A stretch of DNA of 52,148 nt from a virus. Its lineage: Duplodnaviria > Caudoviricetes. The notes beneath the pieces are model-generated. The model searched no databases and was not told where the DNA came from. It worked only from the letters and a program-made list of their open reading frames with translations. Positions 9,324 to 17,788 of this stretch are shown here, piece by piece. The DNA lies in the IMG/VR virus record IMGVR_UViG_3300049189_000069, positions 1 to 52,148 of that record; one strand, written 5' to 3'. How positions within the stretch are numbered: the stretch's first letter is position 1; each line of letters begins with the position of its first letter. Made by a program: the position numbers and the translations under genes.

Positions 9324-9588
9324 CCTGACGTTGACGCCTCGCGTCACCAGCATCCGCTTCTACAGCGGCCCCGTGCGTCGACAGCCCAGGGTCGGCGATC
9401 GGCGCACGACCAAGAAGCACGGTCTGCAGATCCGCGTGTTCAAGATGGTGAAGAGCCCGTGGAGTGATGCGCTCTGCTACGACTGCACCGGCGGTCGTCA
9501 GCGCTACGAGTGGAAGGCACCCGCGGAGCTGGGCTTGTCCGAGCGATACCTCCTCACCGCGGAAGAGCGAAAGGCGCTCGAGTCATGA
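9316..9588 (+). CDS. Hypothetical protein
   Basis: Tightly coupled ORF. Confidence 0.6.
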   Translation: MSDLTLTPRVTSIRFYSGPVRRQPRVGDRRTTKKHGLQIRVFKMVKSPWSDALCYDCTGGRQRYEWKAPAELGLSERYLLTAEERKALES

Positions 9589-9836
9589 GTCACACCGCCT
9601 GGAGTCTCGGCAGGTTCTACGTGACCACGACCAAGCAGTACGCCGGAGCCGCGCTCATCGAGGAGTGCACCACCGTCGAGCGCGATGGTCTGCGCCGGCG
9701 CGGCACCGGCTACGCGATCCGCCCGCCCTTCATCGTGCATCGGGCGGTGACGGCGCTGGTGGTCGGCATGTGGGACGACCCGGACCACCACAACCCGCTG
9801 CCGCAGTGGGAGCGCATGGCGGTCGGTGCGACATGA
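9585..9836 (+). CDS. Hypothetical protein
   Basis: ATGA coupling at both ends. Confidence 0.6.
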   Translation: MSHTAWSLGRFYVTTTKQYAGAALIEECTTVERDGLRRRGTGYAIRPPFIVHRAVTALVVGMWDDPDHHNPLPQWERMAVGAT

Positions 9837-10024
9837 CGGACCCGTACCAGCCGTGGCGTCCCGAGATGGACACCACCGAGCGGCTGCTTCTGATCGGCAT
9901 GCTGACGCCCAAGGAACGTCTCTACGCGGAGGCGTGCAAGAGGGCTCGGGACGAGCTGTGGCGTCGGCGCTTCCTGCTCAGCAAGCCAGCGCCCAAAGCA
10001 GACGATACGGACCATGCGAAATGA
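9833..10024 (+). CDS. Hypothetical protein
   Basis: ATGA coupling; MTDPYQPW start. Confidence 0.55.
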   Translation: MTDPYQPWRPEMDTTERLLLIGMLTPKERLYAEACKRARDELWRRRFLLSKPAPKADDTDHAK

Positions 10025-11123
10025 CGACGACCTGTCCGAGCTGCTGGACGCGTTGGACATCGAAGCCTGGTGCGATGCACAGGGCGTCGACTACATCGCC
10101 ACGCGTGGGCGCTCGGGCCGGCAGCTGAACATCAGGACCTGCCCCACGTGCGGCAGCGACGGGCACAAGGTCTACCTGAACGCGGACACCGGGCTGGGCA
10201 ACTGCAACGCCGGGCGACACCCGCCTGGCGAAACCTTTAACAAATGGAAGTTCATCCGGGCGTCGTTGGGCGACGTGTCGGGCCGGCAGGTGGTCGAGCA
10301 CATTCGGCACTTCGTCAGTTCACGTGGATGGACACCGAAGCGCACGACCACCAAGGTGCAGAAGGCGCCGCAGCTGATCATGCCCGACAGCTATCCGTTG
10401 CCGTTCCAGGGGCGCAACATCGCCTACCTCGAAGGACGCGGCATCGACAGTGCGACCGCGGCGTACTTCCACCTGCGCTACTGCCACGAGGGCTACTTCC
10501 CGTACGAGTTCGACGGGAAGATGCAGCTGCAGAACCACAGCCAGAGCGTGATCATTCCGGTGTTCGACCTGGACGGCAACATGGTGACCTTCCAGAGCCG
10601 CGACATCACCGGGCAGCGTCGGGGCCCCGACGGCGCGCTGAAGAAGTACCTGTTCCCGCCGGGTCTGCCGTCGACGGGAGCGCACCTGTACAACGGCCAC
10701 AACGTGCGCAACACCTTCCGGGTGGCGGTGGGCGAGGGCGCCTTCGACGTGGCGGCGGTCAAGATCGCGCTCAACAGCGACCGCGGGCTGCGTGACGTCG
10801 AGCCGGTGGGCACGTTCGGCAAGCACCTGTCCTGGGGCACCGGTGACAGCCAAGAGATGAAGTTCGTCGAGCTGAAGAACCGCGGCGTGGAGGAAGTCAC
10901 GTTCATGTGGGACGGTGAGATCCGGGCCACCGACGATGCGATCGACGCCGGGCTGCGTCTGCGAAAGCTGGGCCTGAAGGTGCGGGTTGGAATGCTGCCC
11001 AAGGATCGCGACCCCAACGAGGTGAGTGCGTCCGAAGTTGTGAAGACGTTCTATGAGGCAGTGCCGCTGACGATGCAGTCCGCGGTGCTGATCAAGGATC
11101 GTCGTCGGAAGATGAACCGCTGA
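10014..11123 (+). CDS. DNA primase (Zn-binding plus TOPRIM)
   Basis: CPTC..C zinc domain, VIIPVFD..G.MV.FQSRDI, KY, GEGAFD, WDGE, DPNE motifs. Confidence 0.9.
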   Translation: MRNDDDLSELLDALDIEAWCDAQGVDYIATRGRSGRQLNIRTCPTCGSDGHKVYLNADTGLGNCNAGRHPPGETFNKWKFIRASLGDVSGRQVVEHIRHFVSSRGWTPKRTTTKVQKAPQLIMPDSYPLPFQGRNIAYLEGRGIDSATAAYFHLRYCHEGYFPYEFDGKMQLQNHSQSVIIPVFDLDGNMVTFQSRDITGQRRGPDGALKKYLFPPGLPSTGAHLYNGHNVRNTFRVAVGEGAFDVAAVKIALNSDRGLRDVEPVGTFGKHLSWGTGDSQEMKFVELKNRGVEEVTFMWDGEIRATDDAIDAGLRLRKLGLKVRVGMLPKDRDPNEVSASEVVKTFYEAVPLTMQSAVLIKDRRRKMNR

Positions 11124-11124
11124 C

Positions 11125-11143
11125 TATACTAAGCCCGCACTTA
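11125..11143 (+). promoter_or_regulatory. TATACT -10 box followed by an operator-like copy
   Basis: GCTGACTATACTAAGCCCGCACTTA has the same layout as GCTGACTATACTAAGCGGTGACTTA at 51359-51383. Confidence 0.6.
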
Positions 11144-11610
11144 TGTCGATCAAGCTCCACATCTGGTACGCCAAGCACACCACTGGCACCAAGTTCTATC
11201 ACGTGCTCAGGTTTGTGGGGCCGCAGGGTAGCTTTGCGCTGCGTCATTTTGGTCCGGCAGCGACCTTCACCGGCATGAGCAAGATCTCCATGGGGCAGGT
11301 CGAGCTCGATGAGTGGGTGTCAGCCGGCGGCACCGCCGGCATCAAGAAGATCAACGAAAAGCGCAGCGGTGGTTACACCGAAGAAATGGCGAGGGAAGAG
11401 CACACGTTCGGCGGTATCGACGAACTCGAGCGCTTCTTCGGGGACCACTTCAACAACAAGGCAAAGATCGCAGCGCGCGAGGTGCTCAGGAAGATGACGG
11501 GCTGGCCGGCAACAGCAGCTGCAGCGGCGCCTGTTCCCGAAGAGCCGCCCGCAGAGCCCGAGCGCGAGCATGCAGACGAACCCAAACCCGACGCCTGGGG
11601 AAGTTGGTGA
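11143..11610 (+). CDS. WGR-like domain protein ending in WGSW
   Basis: TKFYHV..HFG..GQ..K...KRSGGY pattern of WGR domains; acidic Pro-rich linker. Confidence 0.6.
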   Translation: MSIKLHIWYAKHTTGTKFYHVLRFVGPQGSFALRHFGPAATFTGMSKISMGQVELDEWVSAGGTAGIKKINEKRSGGYTEEMAREEHTFGGIDELERFFGDHFNNKAKIAAREVLRKMTGWPATAAAAAPVPEEPPAEPEREHADEPKPDAWGSW

Positions 11611-11761
11611 CCTTGCCTGGTTGTCGCCCGATGTCAGGGCGACGGCCGAGTGGGTGACCAATGAGGTGAAGTTCCAAGCGCGCCAAGTGATCGCGCGCAT
11701 GATTCATGAAATCGCTCAGCGCAAGGAAGTGCTGGGCAACGACGAGTATGGGAGCTGGTGA
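11570..11761 (+). CDS. Small helical protein ending in YGSW (start uncertain)
   Basis: Fills the gap before the ligase. Confidence 0.55.
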   Translation: MQTNPNPTPGEVGDLAWLSPDVRATAEWVTNEVKFQARQVIARMIHEIAQRKEVLGNDEYGSW

Positions 11762-11766
11762 GAGCC

Positions 11767-13170
11767 ATGAACGATAAGTCACCGATGACTTCGAGCCAGG
11801 TCGTGGACGCGATCGCACAGATCGCCGGGACGTCCTCCACCAAGGCGAAGCAGGAGCTGTTGGCCGGCTTCATGCAAGACCCGACCTTCAAGCGCGTCGC
11901 GATCGCCGCGTACGACGTCGGCACCACGTACGGCATCGCGGACAAGACGCTTGCGGGCATCCACGTCGCCGGCAGCGCGCCCGGGCGTGACTTCGATGAC
12001 GGCACCTGGGCGCTGCTCGATGGACTCGCGAGGCGCGTGATCACCGGGCACGAGGCGGTGAATGCGATCTCCACGCAGCTGCAGGAACTGAACGTTCAAT
12101 CGTCGGGCCTGCTGCGCCAGATCCTGCTGCAGGACCTGCGCGCCGGCTTCACCGACACCATGATCAACAAGGTGGCGCCGGGCTCGATCGCCGAGTACCC
12201 GTACATGCGCTGCAGCCTGCCCGACAAGTCCAACATGGACAAGTGGGACTGGTCGAAGGGCGTCATCAGCCAGGAGAAGGCTGACGGCATGTTCTGCAAC
12301 GCGAACTGCGACGCCCAGGGCTACGTGTGGCTGACCACCCGTCAGGGCTCGCCCTTCCCGCGCGAAGCGATGGGCGTGCTGATCGGCTACATGGAGACGC
12401 TGCTGCAGCGCGACACCCAGACGCACGGCGAGCTGCTGGTGTTCCGCGACGGCGCGATCCTGCCCCGCGAGGTGGGCAACGGCATCCTCAACAAGGTGCT
12501 CAAGGGCGGCGAGCTCGAGCCCGGCTGCGTCGTGCGGTTCTTCGCCTGGGACAACATCCCGTTGGCGGCGGTCAAGCCCAAGGGCAAGGACGAGCGCCCG
12601 TACAAGCTGCGCCTGGCGACACTGCTGAACCACCTGTGCAAGCAGATCCCTGACGGGGATGCGCGCCTCGCAGCGCCGGTGCGCGTGATCGACACCCGCA
12701 TCGTGCGCAGCCTCGCGGACGCAAAGGCGCACGCCCGCGAGCTGCAGCGCCAGGACAAGGAAGGGACGATCGTCAGCAACCCGGACGCCCCGTGGAGGGA
12801 CGGCACGTCCAAGGACAAGGTCAAGCTCAAGGTCGAGGCCGACTGCGAGCTGATCGTGATTGCGAAGACCGAGGGCAAGGGCAAGAACGCCGACACGTTC
12901 GGCGCGCTGACCTGTCGCAGCGCCTGTGGGCTGCTGCAAGTCGACGTGCCGGTGCCCGACCCCAAGGACCGCAAGGCGCTGCACGAGGACCCGACCACCA
13001 TCGGCTCGATCATCACCACGCGCTTCAACGACATCATGGAACCGACCAAGGAAGGCGCGCTGCATTCCCTGTTCCTGCCTCGCTTCACCGAGCGCCGGCT
13101 GGACAAGTCCGAGGCGGACTCACTCGCCCGCATCCGTGAAGCCTTCAAGGCTGCTGTGGAGTTCGCATGA
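11767..13170 (+). CDS. ATP-dependent DNA ligase
   Basis: EKADG adenylation motif, HGEL, FFAWD, EGTIV, KLK, SLFLPRF..RLDK. Confidence 0.93.
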   Translation: MNDKSPMTSSQVVDAIAQIAGTSSTKAKQELLAGFMQDPTFKRVAIAAYDVGTTYGIADKTLAGIHVAGSAPGRDFDDGTWALLDGLARRVITGHEAVNAISTQLQELNVQSSGLLRQILLQDLRAGFTDTMINKVAPGSIAEYPYMRCSLPDKSNMDKWDWSKGVISQEKADGMFCNANCDAQGYVWLTTRQGSPFPREAMGVLIGYMETLLQRDTQTHGELLVFRDGAILPREVGNGILNKVLKGGELEPGCVVRFFAWDNIPLAAVKPKGKDERPYKLRLATLLNHLCKQIPDGDARLAAPVRVIDTRIVRSLADAKAHARELQRQDKEGTIVSNPDAPWRDGTSKDKVKLKVEADCELIVIAKTEGKGKNADTFGALTCRSACGLLQVDVPVPDPKDRKALHEDPTTIGSIITTRFNDIMEPTKEGALHSLFLPRFTERRLDKSEADSLARIREAFKAAVEFA

Positions 13171-13373
13171 TCGACGAGCGCTCCATCCCTGACATCCGTC
13201 AGGCACACCCAATGCCCTGGCAGGTGCGTATGACGCCCCAGCCTGGTCGGGTCACCATCGTCGACGCGATGGGCGTGATGGTGCCCCTGCCGGCCATGCT
13301 GAAGGTCCTGCACATCGTCACGCACCACTGGGCTGCTGAAAAGGCATCAGGTCAACAAGGAGGACAGGCATGA
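13167..13373 (+). CDS. Hypothetical protein
   Basis: ATGA coupling, GGAG SD. Confidence 0.6.
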   Translation: MIDERSIPDIRQAHPMPWQVRMTPQPGRVTIVDAMGVMVPLPAMLKVLHIVTHHWAAEKASGQQGGQA

Positions 13374-14065
13374 ACCGCACCGTCGTCACCATCACCGGGC
13401 CCAGCGCCTCGGGCAAGAGCGTGCTGGAAGCGGCCCTGTACAAGCCCCCGGGCAGCATCTTCGACCGGGTGATCTCCCACACCACGCGGGCGCCGCGCGC
13501 CGGCGAAGTCGACGGTGTCCACTACCACTTTGTCACCCGCGAGCGGTTTGAGCAGCTGCGCGCAGAGCGCAAGCTGATCAACGTCACCGTGCACGGCACC
13601 AACCTGTACGGCTCGCACGTCGACGAGTTCGAACGCATTTTCGCCCAGCAGAAGATCGCCATCCTGGTGTGCGATCCCGAGGGCAAGAACACGGTCGAGA
13701 AGCACGCCGACACGGTGGGCTGGCTGTCCATGTCCGTGTTCGTCACGAACCCGCCCAGCGTGCGCTACGAGCGCCTGCTGAACCGCTTCATCGACGACAT
13801 CGCCCAGCTGGAGCTCGGTGGCGAGGCGTTCCAGCAGCGCAAGCAACAGTTCGCCGAGCGCCTGGCGATCACGTCCGAGGTCGAGTCCGCCTGGTGCGAC
13901 GACGCCTGGCAGTACGACATCCAGATCGACGCCTTCAACGAGAAGAACACGACCGCGGTCCTCACGCTCGTCTCGGCGGAGGCGCTGAACCGCGCGATGC
14001 GCGGGCCCGTGGTCTCGATGAACGCGTGGGCGAACGCTCGGCGCATGACAAGGAGCCAGAAATGA
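13370..14065 (+). CDS. gmk: Guanylate kinase-like protein
   Basis: GPSASGKS, SHTTRAPRAGEVDGVHYHFV, NLYG. Confidence 0.88.
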   Translation: MNRTVVTITGPSASGKSVLEAALYKPPGSIFDRVISHTTRAPRAGEVDGVHYHFVTRERFEQLRAERKLINVTVHGTNLYGSHVDEFERIFAQQKIAILVCDPEGKNTVEKHADTVGWLSMSVFVTNPPSVRYERLLNRFIDDIAQLELGGEAFQQRKQQFAERLAITSEVESAWCDDAWQYDIQIDAFNEKNTTAVLTLVSAEALNRAMRGPVVSMNAWANARRMTRSQK

Positions 14066-14280
14066 AGGTGACCGTCGAACTGCGCCCGTTCCAGGTGCCC
14101 GAGTATGTCGTCATGAAGATGCCGCCTGGACGGCGGGAAAAGGGTATGACCGAGGTGCCGAAGTTCCCGTTGGGCGAGCTGGGCGCCGAGGTGCTGGAGC
14201 AGCTGTGCATCCAGTTCCGCAAGGATGTGTTCGAGGCAGCAGGCAAGAAGCCTCCGTCGGGAGACGACTGGAAGCTCTGA
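14062..14280 (+). CDS. Hypothetical protein
   Basis: AAGGAG SD, ATGA coupling. Confidence 0.65.
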   Translation: MKVTVELRPFQVPEYVVMKMPPGRREKGMTEVPKFPLGELGAEVLEQLCIQFRKDVFEAAGKKPPSGDDWKL

Positions 14281-14304
14281 TACGATCCCTCCATCGGAGG
14301 GGTC

Positions 14305-14736
14305 ATGTCCGACTTCTTGACACGGCTGCGCAATGTTCGGCCGGTCTTCACGGTGGGCGATTTGGTCGAAGGTCTCGGCTTCATGGAAGAAGCCGAGCGT
14401 AGTGCTGTCCTGTTCGGCATGGAACAGCAGCTCACTGCCAACCAGGTGACCGAGATGACTCATCGGCTCGCGATGCAGCTGCCCCTGACTCCGCTGTCAC
14501 GCGAGATCATCTTTCAGCAAGCGCGTCACATCCGCCTCGACCACCTGTTCTGGATCGAGCTGCAGGGTGGGGTGGTGGCGCCCATCACGGGGCTGGATCT
14601 CGCGGTGCGTCAGGCGTTCGCGGGCATGAGCTGGGACGACCTGCAGCTGGCCTATCGGTCGATGGCGATGATCGACCACGACGCGGACTACCGTGACTTC
14701 CTCTCAGTGGCGAGGGCAGAGGGTTTGATCCACTAG
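14305..14736 (+). CDS. Hypothetical protein, possibly a degenerate tyrosine-recombinase-like fold
   Basis: RSAVLFGMEQQLTANQVTEMT and PLTPLSREII..HLFW echo integrase box I and patch segments, with no catalytic R or HxxR. Confidence 0.5.
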   Translation: MSDFLTRLRNVRPVFTVGDLVEGLGFMEEAERSAVLFGMEQQLTANQVTEMTHRLAMQLPLTPLSREIIFQQARHIRLDHLFWIELQGGVVAPITGLDLAVRQAFAGMSWDDLQLAYRSMAMIDHDADYRDFLSVARAEGLIH

Positions 14737-14754
14737 CTCACGTGATGAGCTAGT
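14732..14754. repeat. Palindrome ACTAGCTCA-CGTGA-TGAGCTAGT; left arm of a 14-bp inverted repeat pair
   Basis: 14732-14745 is the exact reverse complement of 15435-15448. Confidence 0.8.
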
Positions 14755-14780
14755 CATCTGCAACCATTTGCAGATGGAAC

Positions 14781-14811
14781 AAACAAAAAGAAAGCCCGCT
14801 CAAGGCGGGCT
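14781..14811 (-). terminator. Rho-independent terminator of the repressor gene
   Basis: AGCCCGC/GCGGGCT stem followed on the minus strand by a T-rich tract. Confidence 0.75.
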
Positions 14812-14830
14812 CGGGAGGATCAAGCAAGGG

Positions 14831-15301
14831 TCAAGCAGCCTTCTTGTTCGGTGGACGCTTGTCGTACGCTGCAACCGAGGCTTCCGCCTTCGCATGGTCG
14901 CGACTCGCAATCTCGGCCAGCGCAGCGCCCAGGGCTTGTCGGTTCTCGGCGATGCCCAAGTCGATCGGCATGTTCTTCGTTTCCTTGCGCAGGAACTTGA
15001 TCAGCGCAAGCTCGTCGGCAGTGACGAACTTCTCGGTGCCGAAGATCTGCTCGAGCGCCTCCCAGGTTTCGGGCATGTACTCGCTCATGACCAGGCGCAT
15101 CATGAACGCCGGATCGACGCCCAGTGCTTTGGCGAACACACCGACCTTTGGCAAGGGCACCTTGGTCAGCCCCTTCTTGAACATCGTGATGATGTTCGCG
15201 TTCGGGTAGCCGATCTCATCGGCGATTTCTTTTTGCGAGCGACCACAGATGGCTACCTGCTGCTCGATGTACTGTGCGACAGAGAGTCTTGACTTGACCA
15301 T
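14831..15301 (-). CDS. XRE-family HTH transcriptional regulator (candidate repressor)
   Basis: SQKEIADEIGYPNANIITMFKKG..KVP..AKALGVDP; AGGAGG SD before ATG at 15301; one of only two minus-strand genes called. Confidence 0.88.
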   Translation of the reverse strand: MVKSRLSVAQYIEQQVAICGRSQKEIADEIGYPNANIITMFKKGLTKVPLPKVGVFAKALGVDPAFMMRLVMSEYMPETWEALEQIFGTEKFVTADELALIKFLRKETKNMPIDLGIAENRQALGAALAEIASRDHAKAEASVAAYDKRPPNKKAA

Positions 15302-15382
15302 TGCGGCCCTCCTACATCTGGGGCAGACGGCCCCTTGTTTAAAAACGGATGCGTTGCTCGTAAGCATCGCTTGACGGGGATC

Positions 15383-15413
15383 AGTATACCCAAGTAGGTA
15401 AGCGGTTAGTCAA
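15383..15413 (-). promoter_or_regulatory. Putative repressor promoter (TTGACT-N19-TATACT) overlapped by an operator copy (15395-15412)
   Basis: Minus-strand hexamers; TAGGTAAGCGGTTAGTCA 12/18; the 19-nt spacer is long. Confidence 0.5.
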
Positions 15414-15434
15414 TGTTCATCTCCCTAGTCTGTG

Positions 15435-15448
15435 TCACGTGAGCTAGT
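15435..15448. repeat. Right arm of the 14-bp inverted repeat (TCACGTGAGCTAGT)
   Basis: Exact reverse complement of 14732-14745. Confidence 0.8.
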
Positions 15449-15485
15449 TGTCGTTTCTTCTAGTAGGTTTGAAAGGGGCAGTGTC

Positions 15486-15512
15486 TATACTGCATAACCG
15501 AGGGGTTACTTA
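15486..15512 (+). promoter_or_regulatory. TATACT -10 box followed by an operator-like copy (15495-15512)
   Basis: TAACCGAGGGGTTACTTA 12/18. Confidence 0.5.
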
Positions 15513-15537
15513 GTCCAAGTCGAGAAAGGTAGCAGCA

Positions 15538-15708
15538 ATGTTGGTGAAGGTCGGGCACGATGCCGCTGTGCAGATCGCGAGTGAACTTCAGGTTCACGAG
15601 AGTGAAGATCTCGGCAGCGCCCAGGTGATGGTGGGCAGCCATCCCGCCCTCGGCACGATCACGCTGGTGATCAACGCCGCCGGAGAGTCATGCTACAGAC
15701 AGTCGTAG
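15538..15708 (+). CDS. 56-aa protein divergent from the repressor (not in the ORF track)
   Basis: GAAAGG SD; MLVKVGHDAAVQIASELQVHESEDLGSAQVMVGSHPALGTITLVINAAGESCYRQS. Confidence 0.6.
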   Translation: MLVKVGHDAAVQIASELQVHESEDLGSAQVMVGSHPALGTITLVINAAGESCYRQS

Positions 15709-15750
15709 CAAATAACTGCACACTTACTTCGCCTGTCGTTTGGGCGAACC

Positions 15751-15784
15751 ATGGGTCCGGGGTGCGCCAGCGTCCCGGGCCCAT
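15751..15784 (+). terminator. Strong hairpin (possible terminator or attenuator)
   Basis: ATGGGTCCGGGG..TCCCGGGCCCAT; weak pyrimidine tail. Confidence 0.4.
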
Positions 15785-15821
15785 TCTCCTGTCTGTCGAT
15801 TACTTATGTCATGGGTGACGA

Positions 15822-17693
15822 ATGAGGAATTTCAATAGTCGCGTCGTGGTCATGCGTGAGGCGATCACCAAGATCGTCCCGCTGCTGTCCAAGAAGGCGG
15901 TCGCGGTCACCATGCGGGGCATGCGTGCCTTCGTCGAGTACGACCCGAACAGCGGTCGGCCCGTCCGGGTCAACCTGCCGTACCTCCCGGACGACGCCAG
16001 CGAAGAGCTGATGAATGCCGTGCAGGGCTTCTTGGACCACGAGGTGGGCCACATTCTGTTCACCGACCCGCGGGCGCTCGCGGAAGCTGCCAAGCACGGC
16101 GAAGAGGTCGCCTCGATGCACAACATCGTCGAGGACACCTTCGTCGAGCGGCGCATGCACGAGCAGTTCCAGGGCAGCGCGTACAACCTGGCGAACGTCT
16201 CGCGCTTCTTCCTGAAGAACATGGTGCAGCCGAAGCTGACCGTGGCGAAGACCGAGGGCGACCAGAAGGCTGTCATGTCGCAGCTGATCGTGCCCGCGGT
16301 GCGAGCCTGGGCGGGCCAGCGCGACTTCGAGGCGTTCATGGACGACAAGTGGGATGACGTGATGAAGTTCCGGCAGCTCGTCGGCGACGATCTGATCGAG
16401 CGCATCCCGGAGTGCAAGAACTCCATGGAGTGCCTGGAGCTGGCACGGGAGATCACCAAGCGCATCTCCGAGGGCGGGGTGAAGCCCCCGCCTCCGCCTC
16501 CGCCGCCCCAGGAGGGCGGTGAGGGCAAGGGCGACGGCTCGAGCAGCGGTCAGGGCAAAGACGACGGCAAGGGCGACGGCAAGCAGCAAGAGCCCGGTGG
16601 CAAGGGCGAGGAACAAGCCAAGGGCAAGGCGGAGAAGGGTGACGGCAAGGAGAAGGGCGAGGAGAAGCCGGGCGAGCACGGCAACGCCCACGTCGAGGAG
16701 CAGCACTCGCACGCCGAGGAGACGATGGCGGCGCTGCGCGACACCGCCGACTTCGACGCGTCGGTCGCTGAAGCGCTGACCGCCCGCGCCGAGAAGGAGT
16801 CGCACAACAGCGAGTACCTGGTGTTCACCCGCGACGACGACAAGGTCGAGCCGATGACCTACAGCAAGGCGGCGGTCGACGAGATCCCGAAGATGCAGGC
16901 CCGCGTGGACGGCATGATCGGGCTGCTCGCCAAGGACATCCAGCGCATGGTCGAAGCACGCAGTGCCGCGGTCTGGACGGGCGGGCACCGCTCCGGTCGC
17001 CTGAATGGTGCGGCGCTCATGCGCAGCCAGTTCAACCGGGTGGACCTGTTCCGTCGCAAGCAGGAGAACCACACCAAGGATGTCGCCGTGTCGATCGTCA
17101 TGGACATCAGCGGATCCATGCGGCAGTACCAGAAGCTCACCACCGCCGTCGACACCTGCTACGCGCTGTCGTCGGTGCTGGATCGTCTGGGGATCGACCA
17201 CGAGGTCTCCGGCTTCACGACCCGCTCCTTCAGCCAGAAGGTGCTGGACGACCTGCATAAGGACCCGCGCTGCCACGACTACGCCCGTCACGAGGCGTTG
17301 ATGATCCCGATCTTCAAGGCGTTCGACGAGCGCATGGGCACGGACATCAGGGCGCGTCTGCTCGAAGCGACGATCGCCCCGCTGTGCCGTGCGAACGTCG
17401 ACGGCGAGTCCATCCTGCTCGCGTCCGTGCGTCTTGCCCAGCGCCGTGAAGCGCGCAAGATCATGATCGTGCTGAGCGATGGGCGCCCAGCCGTCAACGG
17501 GGGCTCGGGCGACCTGGACAAGCACCTGAAGGCGGTCGTGAAGAACATCCAGGCGCGCAAGATCGACATCGTGGGTCTCGGCATCATGGACGAGTCGGTC
17601 TCCAAGTTCTATCCGAAGCACGTGGTGATGAAGTCGGTCGCTGACCTGCCGACGGTGGTGATGGGCCAGCTGAAGAAGTTCCTGGTCCAATAA
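15822..17693 (+). CDS. CobT-like protein (HEXXH peptidase-like N-terminus, VWA C-terminus)
   Basis: DHEVGH, NIVED, GRL, MIDAS DISGSM, NVDGES, VLSDGRP. Confidence 0.88.
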   Translation: MRNFNSRVVVMREAITKIVPLLSKKAVAVTMRGMRAFVEYDPNSGRPVRVNLPYLPDDASEELMNAVQGFLDHEVGHILFTDPRALAEAAKHGEEVASMHNIVEDTFVERRMHEQFQGSAYNLANVSRFFLKNMVQPKLTVAKTEGDQKAVMSQLIVPAVRAWAGQRDFEAFMDDKWDDVMKFRQLVGDDLIERIPECKNSMECLELAREITKRISEGGVKPPPPPPPPQEGGEGKGDGSSSGQGKDDGKGDGKQQEPGGKGEEQAKGKAEKGDGKEKGEEKPGEHGNAHVEEQHSHAEETMAALRDTADFDASVAEALTARAEKESHNSEYLVFTRDDDKVEPMTYSKAAVDEIPKMQARVDGMIGLLAKDIQRMVEARSAAVWTGGHRSGRLNGAALMRSQFNRVDLFRRKQENHTKDVAVSIVMDISGSMRQYQKLTTAVDTCYALSSVLDRLGIDHEVSGFTTRSFSQKVLDDLHKDPRCHDYARHEALMIPIFKAFDERMGTDIRARLLEATIAPLCRANVDGESILLASVRLAQRREARKIMIVLSDGRPAVNGGSGDLDKHLKAVVKNIQARKIDIVGLGIMDESVSKFYPKHVVMKSVADLPTVVMGQLKKFLVQ

Positions 17694-17699
17694 CCAACG

Positions 17700-17717
17700 T
17701 AAGTCACCGGTTATTAA
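17700..17717. promoter_or_regulatory. Operator copy
   Basis: TAAGTCACCGGTTATTAA 15/18. Confidence 0.7.
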
Positions 17718-17788
17718 GCAGCGCCGGACGTTCCGGGCTACAGTTCAATTCGTCAGCGGGGTTGTCCCGCACCAACGCAAGGGGATTC

